A DNA stretch of 64,000 nt from Lama guanicoe (taxonomy: Eukaryota), in NCBI GenBank assembly GCA_013239625.1, contig MU054187.1, forward strand, positions 4,351,757-4,415,756, written 5' to 3'. Positions 49,368 to 60,847 of this stretch are shown here, piece by piece; positions within the stretch are counted from its first letter, which is position 1; every line of letters begins with the position of its first letter. The notes under the pieces are model-generated. The model was given only the letters and a program-made list of their open reading frames with translations, was not told the DNA's origin and ran no database searches. A program made the translations under genes and the position numbers.

Positions 49368-51085
49368 TTGAAAATATTATTGGCTTTTCATCAGTGAGTA
49401 TTAGTAGCTCCTTTGTATTTGACCATGTATGCTTGGGATTATTTTGGAGCTTTTATTCTTTCCATTGATCTTTGTCTGGTTTTATGCCAGCACCACACTG
49501 TTTTGATTACCATAGCATTGTAATATAGTTTGAAATCAGGAAATGTGAGGTCTCCAGCTTTGTTCTTCTTTCTCAGAATTGCTTTGGCTATTTAGGGTCT
49601 TCTGTGTTTCCAAATGAATTTTATGATACTCACTGGAGAAAAGAAAGTATGTTCAATAAATGGTGCTGGGAAAACTGGATATTCACATGGGGGAAAAAAA
49701 GAAAAAGAAACTAGACCTTATCTTAAACCACTCACAAAAATAACTCAAAATGGATTAAAGACTTCAGTGTAAGACCTGAAGCCATAAAAGTCCTAGAAGA
49801 AAACAGGGAAAAGCTTCTTGACAGTGGACTTGGTAGTGGGTTTTTTTGGATATGACACCTAAAGCACAAACAACAAAATAAAAATGAAAAAGTGAGGCTA
49901 CATCAAACTGGAAAACTTCTGCAACAACAACAAAAAATTATCAACACAATGAAAGGGCACCCCATGGAAATGGGGGAAAATATCTGCAAACCATATATCT
50001 AATAAGGGCTTAAAACCCAAAATCTATAAGGAATTTATAAACTCAGTAACAACAACAAAAAATAGTGCAATTAGAAAATCAGCAAAAGATCTGAATAAAC
50101 ATGTTTCCAAAGAAGATATTCAAATGGTCAACAGGTACATGAAAAGATGCTCAACATCATTCATCATGCTCAATCATCAGGGAAATGCAAACCAAAACCA
50201 CAGTGAGATACCATCTCACACCTGTTAGAATGACTATTATCGAAAAGACAAGGAGTAAGTGTTGGCGAAGCAATGGAAAAAAGGAAACACTTGTGCACTG
50301 TTTTTGGGAATGTAAATTGGTGAGGCCGCTATGGAAGACAGTATGCAGGTTCTTCAAGAAATTAAAACTGGAACTACCACATGATCCAGCAATCCCACTT
50401 CTGGGTATATATCGGAAGGAAATGAAAACACTAATTTGAAAAAAATATCTGTACCCCAAGTTCATCACAGCATTATCCATAACAGCCAGGACTTGGAAAC
50501 AGCCTAAGTGTCCATCAGTGGGTGAATGGACAAAGAAAATACGGAATATAACCACAATGGAATATTTTTCAGCCATAAAAAGAAGGCAATGCTGCCATTT
50601 GTGACAACACAGATGAACCTTGAGAACATTATACTGAGTGAAAGAAGTCAGACAGAGAAAGACAAGTTGCTGTATGATTTCACTTATATGTGGAATCTAA
50701 AAACAAAACAAAACAAAAAAATCCTCATGGCAACAGAGAGCAGATTGGTGGTTGCCAGGAGGTGGGGGTGTTGGGGAGAAGTGGGGAAAGGGAAGGTGGT
50801 CAAAGATACAAACTTCTAGTTATAAGATAAATACGTTCTGGGAGGCTTTGTACATTGTGGTGACCACGGTGAACAATACTGTATTGGATATTTGAAAGTT
50901 GCTAAGAGAGGATCTTAAAAGTTCTCATCACAAGAAAAAATTTGTAACTATAAGAAGTGATGGATGGATGTTAACTAAACCCAGTGTGGTGATCACTTCA
51001 CAGTATATACAGGTATCATGTCATTATGTTGTACTCACATTTATACAACATTATATGTCAATTGTATCTCAATAAAAGTAAGGGG
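49368..51085 (+). mobile_element. L1 (L1MA-like), 5'-truncated with 5' inversion
   Basis: Antisense ORF2 piece ~49368-49625 joined to sense ORF2/3'UTR 49626-51080 (ORF 50185 [16 protein letters not shown]...[13 protein letters not shown]); TSD AGGAAAT(A/G)TTA at 49357-49367 / 51086-51096. Confidence 0.9.
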
Positions 51086-54000
51086 AGGAAATGTTAGCAC
51101 AGCCACATGCTGCTGGAGGCAGAATGCAGTCAGCTGGCAGGCAGGCAGGCCCAAAGGCCATCTCTGCCTCCAGATTCCCAGGGTTCCAAAATGCCTGTTC
51201 TCTCGAAGACGCCCCACCACACGCCCCCATAGCCCTACCCGCGAGATTGACATCTTGTTTGATATGATAACTGTCGTCACAACTCTGTTTTCTCAAATCT
51301 AATATATGCATTTAGGAAAAAACCACCTGATTCATAGGAGATTAACAGGAATATTTTGCTCTTCAGATTTTTAAATGTGTGGCTTTGTGGATCGTTTTGA
51401 ATCCAAGGAAGAGTTAGATCTTCCTGGAGTGCCCCTTTCTCATTCTCGCCTGGATTCCGTTGGGTGTTGCCAGATGGGGCAGGTGGCCTGCTGGCTCTGG
51501 GTAGCTGCCCTCAGAGCTGGGACTCCTCCAGGATGACAGCGCTCACTGTGCTCAGGGACGTGCAGGATCTGCCGCAGTGTCCCGGCCTTGTACCAGTTCC
51601 TAGGGATGCCAAGCTGATGAATATAAAGTGACGTCGTAATTACGCCATTATCAGAGCGTGTATTTACCACAGTATCTGATGAAATTTCATCAGCTGCTCT
51701 GATGTTGCTAAATAGCGAGAGAAATATCACAAGAGGGGTGAGCTTCATCCCCTGCCCTCACATAGCTTACGGTCTAGTGAGGTTAATGAGGAGCACTCGA
51801 ATGCCATTAACTGAACTGGACAGCACATTGGTGCGTAGTGAGGTTTGACTTCTGAGAGTACACACCATCTAATCAAACGTAACTTAGGAAGACCTTCTAA
51901 GAACAGCATGATTCAGATGTTTACTGAGAGTCTGGGAACCCAGCCAATCCAAAATCCATCAGGAATTATTATGCTTTACAATTAGGAGAAAATTGTGCTA
52001 GTATTTAAAATTTCTACCTGCTACTTCGTATAAAACTCTCAGCTAACAACGAAATAGAAAGCGGAGGCTGTCAGAGGAAGACAGGTGCAAACTGAGAAAA
52101 CGCCGTAATCACGTATCGACATTTTTGTAGTCTGTGTTGATTGTGTGTGTACCCGTATTTCGATTCTGTCAGAAATACCAAAATGGCGACATAAGCTGAT
52201 TTTTTTTTTTCCTCAAAAGATTTCAACATGCTATGGTTTAGCCTTCCTATATATTCTCCAGCTGAGTTTGGACAGAGCTTTTTGGATGGGGTGGAGTGGT
52301 GGGCTGGGGAGTAGAGACACTCTCTCCCTCACCTTGTTTTGTCTTTTCCTAACCACCCTGCTTCCATGCCTCTACCTCCTCCTCTCCTGTGATGAACTGG
52401 CTGGCAATCTGCAAATGCTGATGTTCCAAAAAGATACCTACTTAGAAGGAGTGGCTGTTGGTGGTGAAACTCGCAGAAAATGAAGGATACGTGTAATGCA
52501 TGAGGAAATAAAGCAAGTTGGAATCACTGAACTACCACTCAAAAGGTTGATTTTTACCAATTTGGGGGAAGGAAGAATAATCATAGAAGAGGTAACAAAG
52601 AATGCATTTGACTGGTTGTGTGTTTACACAGGAAACAGGGAAAGCTATTGTACCAAGAGCAGGTAGGATGTGAATGACTGCACGCCTCAGTGAAAACATG
52701 GGCATCGAGAGACCCGGCGACAGATGAGTGAGGGAGGCACGCGTTGGGGGGTGGTGGTGAGCTAAATTCACATCCATCCCCAAAGCATTCTGACATTTTG
52801 TTAAAACTTCCTGATAATTTGCAGGCGATTTCCACAAATGTCAGAAATAGCATTGCTCATCTTTTAGATTAATACCAGGTGACTGAAAAATAGAATGCCT
52901 ACACGAAAATCTGAATGTATCCTCCCCAGACATTGAGAAACCATAATAGACGCTTTAAAAAGGATTCGGGAAAAAAATACGCATTGAACCCTAAGACTCA
53001 GAAGTCTGTGTACCTGCTCACACGAGTTGTAAAGAGAGGAAGCTGGTTATTACGTATCAGAACCGTCTGTGGCTCAGACACCTCATACTCCCTCACATGC
53101 CCGTGTCTCCTTGTTCTTTCCTGCTCATTATCTATTTTGCTCATTAACAGCTCTACTATGAAATGGTAGGAAGGCGGAGAAAAGTCCAAATTAGTTCATT
53201 TTCCTGGCTACGAATGAACTTGTTTAATATTTGATGAGGAAGAGATTTGAATGAAATTAGAGTTTCTAGTTATCTGTGTCACCTCTGATTTTTGATTCCA
53301 GGGAAAATGAGAATTAGAGAGCTCTGCACAAAACAAATGGATTATATTTCTATTAAGTAAGTAGCTTAATGTTCTAGGTTCACCTTGCCACAAATAGTTT
53401 AAAATCACTCCACATCCTTGGTACATTATTTCTCCCTGTCTATGAGAATAACAGAGGACATATATATATAACCTAATATTCCATGTACTATGCAATCAAA
53501 TTCTGACAACTTAATCCTTTTGAAATAGTTGAAAATCTGAAAGTAAGGGAAGGTTTTGAGCCAAATAAAAATAGGAGCTCATATGTTTATTTCATAGAAG
53601 ACGAGACAGCATCTCAGTTCTGATGCCTAGATCAGTTTCATAGCTGGAAAGGACCTGAACAGTTTCTACCCCTCCACATCATTAACTTGTTATAGGCAAT
53701 ATTTGGCAATCTAGAATTCCTCAGGAAATCGTGGTATGTGTTCAGTGTCAATAACAGAATAGGAAAATCAATTCAGTTCAGTTCAGTTAAGCAGACAGCA
53801 TCCATGAGCTCTCCACGGGCTCTGCTCCTGGGGGCTTCCTTGTTATTCCTCATAACTGACCAGTTCCCTTCACCCACTCCAAATCCCAGGGGCCAATGGC
53901 ACCGCCTTCTCCTTTATCGGCACACTTCATGTAGATCTTCCTGCTCCTGCTGAAATCTAGGTTGACTCATCTTCCCTTGTTTGTCCTTTCAGCTTCCCCA

Positions 54001-54654
54001 GGATTTTGGTAAGTGGTTCCCTATATTCACGTCCCTGTTTCCTGCCTGGATCCTGACTGATGCTCAGGGGATAATAGTAACCTCAGTATTAACAGGTGCA
54101 GGTAATGAGCATTAGGGGCCCAAGAGACAGCCTCGCAGAGTCAGGTACAGTGTTTGTTTGTTGTAAATTCCAATCCACTGGAGTCTGTTATTTACTTACA
54201 TACCGTAGACCACGACATCATGTCCCAGCAGTGTCAAATTGCTAGAAAAGCTTCTAAACACGGGCTTCCACTATCTAAACTCATTGCACCCTAGAGCAGT
54301 AACAACAGCTCCCAGAGCACTGTCAGTCCACAGACAGAGCCCACGTAGCACGAGTCCAGTCCAGGGTAGGAAAAGAAATTGCTCTGAAGATCAGAAAGTG
54401 GGGTGGGAGTCAGAGATCTGCAGTCACTGGCAAATCTGTGGTAGCTGGAGACATGGAAAAACGTGGCCAGAATGGGGCCAAAAGCAAGTGGAGAGTCTGA
54501 GAGAAAGAAGGAGTGAGGGTGGAGAACAGGGGGGCAAATGGAGAGAGACGCATCAGCTCTGGGCAGACCACGTGGGTACACTGAGGTGGGCGCTTTGCCC
54601 TGAATGCCTCAAACAGGGCACCGTGTTCAGTGAGCCCCGCTGATCAAGGCAGGC

Positions 54655-54978
54655 TGCCGTGTTTGTGTACCCCCAAATTCAGACATCGAAACCCTGAGCC
54701 CCAAAGGGATGATACTAGCACAGGAGGCCTTTGGAGGTGATTCGGTCATGAGGAATTAGTGCCCTCATCAAAGGGACCCGAGGGAGTTCCCTGCTGCCTT
54801 CACCTTCTGCCATGTGAGTTCACAAGGAGCATCTGGGCTCTCACCAGACACCAAATCCGCTGGTGCCTTGATCTTGGACTTCCTGGCCTCCAGAAGTGTG
54901 AAAAAATAAATTTCTGTTGTTTATAAGCCACCCAGTTGATAGTACTTTTGTGATAGCAGCCCAAACGGATGAAGACAC
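54655..54978 (+). mobile_element. MaLR LTR (MLT1A-like)
   Basis: GTGTTTGTGTACCCCCAAATTCA...GCCTTGATCTTGGACTTCCTGGCCTCCAGAA...ATAGCAGCCCAAACGGATGAAGACA. Confidence 0.85.
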
Positions 54979-55112
54979 AGGCCCATAAAGGCAGTACATA
55001 TTTTGGGAACAATTCCATCCAAACAGTTAACATAAAGTTGGAGTAATTTACATGAAACTCCAATGACAGAGAACAGCGTCTTCATTGATGAAACAGACAA
55101 ACATGTGAAGAT

Positions 55113-55290
55113 CAGTGCTACCTAATAGGACTTTCTGTGATGATGACGGAATATTTTTTTTTAATCTGTGGCTAATGGCACTTGAAAAGTGGCTAGTGTG
55201 ACTGAGAAACTGAAGTCTTCACCCAACCTAATTCTAAGTCATTTAAATTTAAAGAGCTCATGTGGCTAGGGACTGCCTTGTTGGACAGAT
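55113..55290 (+). mobile_element. MER3-like hAT MITE
   Basis: CTAATAGGACTTTCTGTGATGATG...GCACTTGAAAAGTGGCTAGTGTGACTGAGAAACTGAA...TTGGACAG. Confidence 0.75.
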
Positions 55291-58200
55291 GATTCGTGTG
55301 ACTCATAGAGAGGTTTGCTTTAGGGGAAAAGATACACAGGCTTTGGCATCATGTGGACCAATATTTAAATCTCCTAATTACTCACTCTGTGACCTTGGAT
55401 GTGTCCGTCACTCACTGTCCCTGGACCTCAGTTTCTTTATGATACGGGGGTCATAATAACATTTATGTTTAGGGCCATGGTGATGGCTGAAAATGAGGCA
55501 TGTACACTGCCTAGCAAAGACCAAATATCCAATAAATGACAGCTATTACCAGTTTTAGATGATGTGAGTCAGGATTCATGAACATAACTTGATTGTTTTG
55601 ATTGCTCTGATCATTAGCATGAATATGTAATAAACTGTGAAATATGCAATGAGATAACCCCATTGAGATGCCTCTGGTGGCGTCACTCCTTCCTTAAGCA
55701 GCTAGCAATGCTTTTCCAGTTAAAGATTCTCTTATCTCTGCCTTGCTGTGAGCTGTCCTTTCTCAGTGTGATTGCTTCTAGCAAATCCTCCTCCTCCTAA
55801 GGAGAATTCCTGACTGCTTTTTCTATAACCTCAGAAGAGCTAAATGATGTTTAGGGGGAAAGACAGATCTAGCTTGTTCAGTCAACAGCTTGAATCTTAC
55901 ATACAAGTCTAAGTCAGTGGAATCTGATCAGAGGGGTCTCAAGCCTTCTCCTGTGGAATTAAGAGCACATATTCACAGGCCTTATTTACCTTCACCCATC
56001 ACAATCTCTCGGGGAAATTAAAAAAATAATAATACACAAGTCTATCCCTACTCCCTCTCAAATTGGAGACCTGATGTCCTCAGAAGCTCTCAGAGTTCTG
56101 TTTCAGGGTTGGAAAACCAGTATATGCCATGCTTCCAGGGTGGGCTCTGGACAGATGGGGTGGTCGGAGCCCAGGCTAACTGAGAAATTGCTGTATCTCA
56201 CTTGAGTAAGGAAATGGCACAGACATCACAGGGATTTGGCACATGGATGTGGGCAAACTCTGCATATTTGGCTGACATTTTTGCTGGGGAATCACAGCCG
56301 GTCATTTGAATAAGTGTCGCTCAGAGCTGGGCTAGGAATCCAGAACTAATTTTTCTTTCCTTTTCCTCCTAAGCCACTCTGCTATGTTTCTGGAGATGGT
56401 CCACCTCTTTCACCTGTTCTTTTCTGGGGCTCAGATCTGTTTATGATACATTATTATTCTGCTGATGGGGTTTTGCACATGAAATTTCACTAGTTGTCAA
56501 CACGACTGGGTACATACCCATGTGAAAAAAGACTGGGGATAACTGAACTGGGATCAGAGTTTCGCTAAGAAAACACTCTTGGAATCAGAGTGTTAAAACA
56601 ATGCCTTCAGGCCCATTCAGCCCCCACCCCGGCCACCAACGCTCTGACTGTTCACAGTGAGCTGTGAGTAATGGTTAAGCAACCCACTGCTTAGTGAATG
56701 GATGCCCGTTAGGGTACTAGTCAAATAAGCTTTCATACTTTTAGAGGCAAAAATCTCTTATGAAACAAAAGGATTCCAAGCAAAGGCCAATAGCCCACTT
56801 CTCCTGAACAACATGCAACACAGTAAAATTCCAGCACAACAAGCCAAATTCAGCAGTCCCTGAAAGCCTGTAGCAGGCTCTACAGTGAGGAACTGTCCTC
56901 TATCAGCAAATACTGGGGATGAGGAAGGCACCTTTTACTGGAATAACTGATACAACAAAAACATTTAATGGCATGTTCTAGTTTAGACGTGTAGTTTAGA
57001 TGTGGTTTTCTAACTACATCTTGTATTAATTTTTAATTTGGGGAAGGACAATGTGAAAATCTTAAGTCTACGCCAGGCAATGGTTATGCCCTAAATGAGA
57101 ACCTTAGTCCTCTCCAAAGGTAGGCCTGCCTGGTAAGCCGCCTCGTGACATAAACTTTACTATGAAGAAGCAATTTAGGTGGCAGAGAAGCCATCGCTCA
57201 TTGGTTACATCCCTGACTTTCAGAGCATGGGTCATATGAGAAACTTCTGTGGCTTTCTAAGTGGGTATTTTAGAAAGCAACCTAGATCAAAATTAAACAA
57301 GTTAAGAAGGTATTTTATTGGTGCATTTCCTCAGAAGTCCGGGGATTATGACTGGTTTCAGAGATGGCTGCCTGGAGGTGCTCGTTCATGACATCAGGAC
57401 TCTGTTTCCCTTGCTCAGTTGGCCTTCCTCTGGCTTGACTTTCTTCTCTAACAGGCTGTTCCATGGCATGGTCTCAGAAGCTGCCATATCAGTTCAGAAA
57501 AAGGACCCCCTTTTCTCTGATTAGAAGGTGTGCCAACCCCCTACCCCTTTGTGCCCAGGGGATGAGCTGCACTCTGATTGGCAGGCCTGGGTCACATGTC
57601 CCCTACAGTGGCAGGGGGAGCAATTCCCAAAAGGAAGAGGCTGGAGCAAAGACGGTAAATTTTTCTTCCTTTTAATGGACTACTTTGGAGTGAGATATGT
57701 TGGTTGGCTCCATTTGCTATGGGAATGGCGAAAAAATAACTTCATTCTACTGTTACACGACTTTTGGAGTTAATGGAGACCACAGCATAATCTGTGATCA
57801 CATGGAATGCATGAGTATGCCAAAGGAAAGTTCCATCGAAAACCCAGTATCATGTCACTTTCTTAAAATGGTTCTCTTGTAAATAGACAAAAATTTTACA
57901 AAAATTTACAGTGAAGTTTTATTTAGTTGATAATTTCTGAACTAGAATGAAAACAAGTCACACAATTCAAATTTAGATGATCTTTCTGCGATGGGATGAA
58001 TGCAAATGTATTTCAAATGTATGAAAGATATAAAATCAATTTTTGCTGCATACTTTAGAGAAGTAATTATGTTGTGAGATGGAATTTTATTCAAATTCAA
58101 CCATTTTGATAAATATAGGGTTTTATCTTTTAGAATTCCCAGTAGCAAAAAACTAAACGAGAATGGGTTTAATCTTCCCGAAATAATTAAAAACCTTCAA

Positions 58201-58539
58201 AACCCCAAGTTATTAAGCAAATCAAAAAAAAAAAAAAAGCATCACCAAACCCCACATTATGAGATGAATAAGGCCGCATCCCAAAATGGTTTACTTAATT
58301 TTGAAACATCAGCTGGCGCATACTCTAAGGGCAGTATCTTGTGCTGGAGATTTTTTTTCTATATTCTCTACTGTCTTCTTCAAACCTTTTTTGGGAGCCT
58401 TAAAAATGCCTTCAGAAATTTACTCTACAAATACTAAGATTGTCCATCTGAGTGTAGGAAAGTTAGTCCGCAGAGAATGTTGTCAGGCACCAAGAGCTCC
58501 CGGATGGGTTGACTGGTGGGGTTATCACGTTCACAGGGC

Positions 58540-59420
58540 AGGCTCCAGGCCTGGGGGTTCCCGGCGGTGGAGGTGCGCGATTCTTCACCGGGGTGGGAGT
58601 GGGGGTGGACGCGGCTGCCGCCAGCCGGGCGCTCCACGGCCTCGCGTCCGGGGCCCCGTCGGCCCGCCTCGTCCGCGCTCCGCCCTCGGTCGGCACCGGC
58701 CGCCCGGACCCCGTCCCTCGCGCGCCCCGACTCTCCCTCCCCGGCGTCCCCGGGAGCGCGGCTGAGGTAAGGCGGGGCCGGGGGCCGGGGGCCGGGGACC
58801 GGGTCGGGTGGCCGCGCCGCGCCCCGATGGCGGACAAAGCCGAATTCGCGCGCGGCGGGAGAGTAGCCGGGTCCGCCCCTGCCGCTCCCCGGCCGGCCTG
58901 GGTCTCCGTCCAGCCCCGCCCGGGGGCCGCCTGGCCCGCGCCGCCCCCGGCCGGCGTTCCGGGCCGCGAAGCGAGGGACGGGGGCTCCCCTCGGCCAGGT
59001 GTCCTCGCACGGCTTCCGATCTCGGGTGCTAAGTACTTTGGGCGTATCAGTATCCCCTAATCGCTGGCTGGGAATTCCGGCCAGAAATGCAGATTCAGAG
59101 GCTCAGAAAGTTTGTTTTTGGTTACCCACCTCCAGCTCCATCCGTGGTCTCAACTGTCTCGACTTTCTTTGAAAGCATAGAGATTTGACACAGAATTAAA
59201 CTGTCCTTGGCTCACTCGTGCCCCCGTCACCCCGCGGACGGGCTCGGAATTTGGCAACCAAGCGCGTGCAGGTTGTGGGAAGCCGCCGAAGCCTGCTGCC
59301 CGGCCGGGTGCCCTGCGATGCTGGTTAGAACCGGAGCTGCGGCGTGTGAAGGGGCAGTGACAGCTCGCCCTCCGTGCAGGCTGGGGGTGGGGGGTGGCGG
59401 GAAGCGGAGAGAACTTTCCT
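58540..59420. promoter_or_regulatory. CpG island / promoter of an unidentified gene
   Basis: Abrupt switch to very GC- and CpG-rich sequence; GC boxes (CTCCGCCCTC ~58678, GTCCGCCCCT 58871). Confidence 0.92.
58600..58766 (+). other. Probable non-coding first exon of a + strand gene (start position uncertain)
   Basis: Strong donor GAG|GTAAGG at 58766/58767 inside the CpG island, followed by intronic G-runs; no ATG in 58540-58766. Confidence 0.65.
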
Positions 59421-60833
59421 GTATGCCTCAGTCACTCTGTAGAGTGGAAAGAAAACCCCCGGTGCCCGGCTTTTTAACCCTTTCAAGCTGTTACTCAGAT
59501 TTATTGAGCCACAGAAAGAAGCCAGCTTGCTCTCGTACCCGAGGTCCAAGCCAGCCTTGCGTTTTTCCTCACGGTCATGCCCTGTGCAAAATCTGGCACA
59601 CATCTGTGACAACACTGCATGGCTGGCGTGGTAAGGACTACAAACTGGTCTGCTTTTGAGAAAGGGAATATGATAGAATAAGCATTTTTGGCCATATAAA
59701 TAGTATGACTTCCATTTTCTTCATTTCCCCTGTTGGTAGTGAAGATATTTATTTACCCCCTTCCTCCAAGACCAGTTTATACTGAGAGTCATTCCATGGA
59801 AGAAAATACCTGCCTTAACTTGTACTTATTTTGTGAATCACTACCTCCGGTCATTAAAGTGAGCTATTTATTAAGCAGAGTTATTTTAATGTAAGGGCGA
59901 GTTAATGGTAAGCCAGAGTTCTTCCGAGAGGGGAACGTCTCATTGATTACCCTATAGTTTTTAATCTGTGGTATTACTGTAAATGGTATTTTGTCAACCT
60001 GATAATCTGCAAAGAGCTTAGGATAGTGTCTGGAACATGGTGCTAGGTAAGTGTCAGCTGGCTTTATTTTTAATTTTTATTATCAGTCTATGTGTTGTTT
60101 TTTTTTTCTGTTTGGAAAAGGTTGTTTGGGGGTTTTTACATCCCAAATCTTTTAAATCGTGGTCTGTTTTAAATCTGTGGCTTAATTTTAGACCGGAATT
60201 GAGGCTGGGTTATTGTTTTGCTTATGACCGACGAACTTCTGTGTGGTGCTGTGTGCTGTATGTGGTGGATCCGTCAGGACGAGGACACAGCCCTTTACCC
60301 GGTGGTATCCAGGTTCATTTCATAGTGAGACTTCATTATCCTTATGGGCCTAATTGACTAAGGAGAAGCCTAGGCATTAGGAGAAACCTGGGCTCTGAAC
60401 CCCCTCGCGAACCCCCTTGTTCTATAGGTTTCGAATAATACTTTCAATTTCTAGTTGCAGCTAGCACAGCAATTGGGAAACTCCCAGTGTCAAAAGGTAC
60501 TGAAAGGTAAATATCTGTACTGTATACACGTCACCCAGCACCTAGAATTCTTACCCATGCTTTAAAATCTTCAGAGCAGGGTCTATAGTGTAACTAGCTA
60601 AGAAAAATAAAAACTGCTTGTCATGGGTGAGTAACCGAAAGATGATGTTTGTGCTACTTGGATTTTAAAAGATTGCCAGGAGTTTACTTTCATTTTGAGG
60701 CCCCCCGCTGCCTCCCCGATTTTAACTTTGAAGTGACATCTTTTTCATTCCTAAACAGTTTACTTAGCTAAGCAAATGCCTGGGGTTAACTCTTGGGGCC
60801 CTGCAGAGCCAAGGCTGCTGGAGGCACAGTGGG

Positions 60834-60847
60834 GCGGTAGGTGGCGC
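60834..60847 (+). promoter_or_regulatory. CTCF core motif
   Basis: GCGGTAGGTGGCGC, 12/14 to CCASYAGRKGGCRS, within a small CpG-retaining patch. Confidence 0.5.

Noticed and set aside
50157..50819. ORFs of 84-139 aa
   Set aside because: L1 ORF2 C-terminus/3'UTR and its antisense; not a host gene.
51440..51748. 102-aa minus ORF with a signal-peptide-like start (MKLTPLVIFLSLFSNIRA)
   Set aside because: The hydrophobic start coincides with a polypyrimidine acceptor-like tract; no recognisable family or supporting gene structure.
58286..59659. Multiple 120-183-aa ORFs on both strands
   Set aside because: R/P/G/A-rich frames typical of CpG islands; they cross the likely splice donor and resemble no protein I know.
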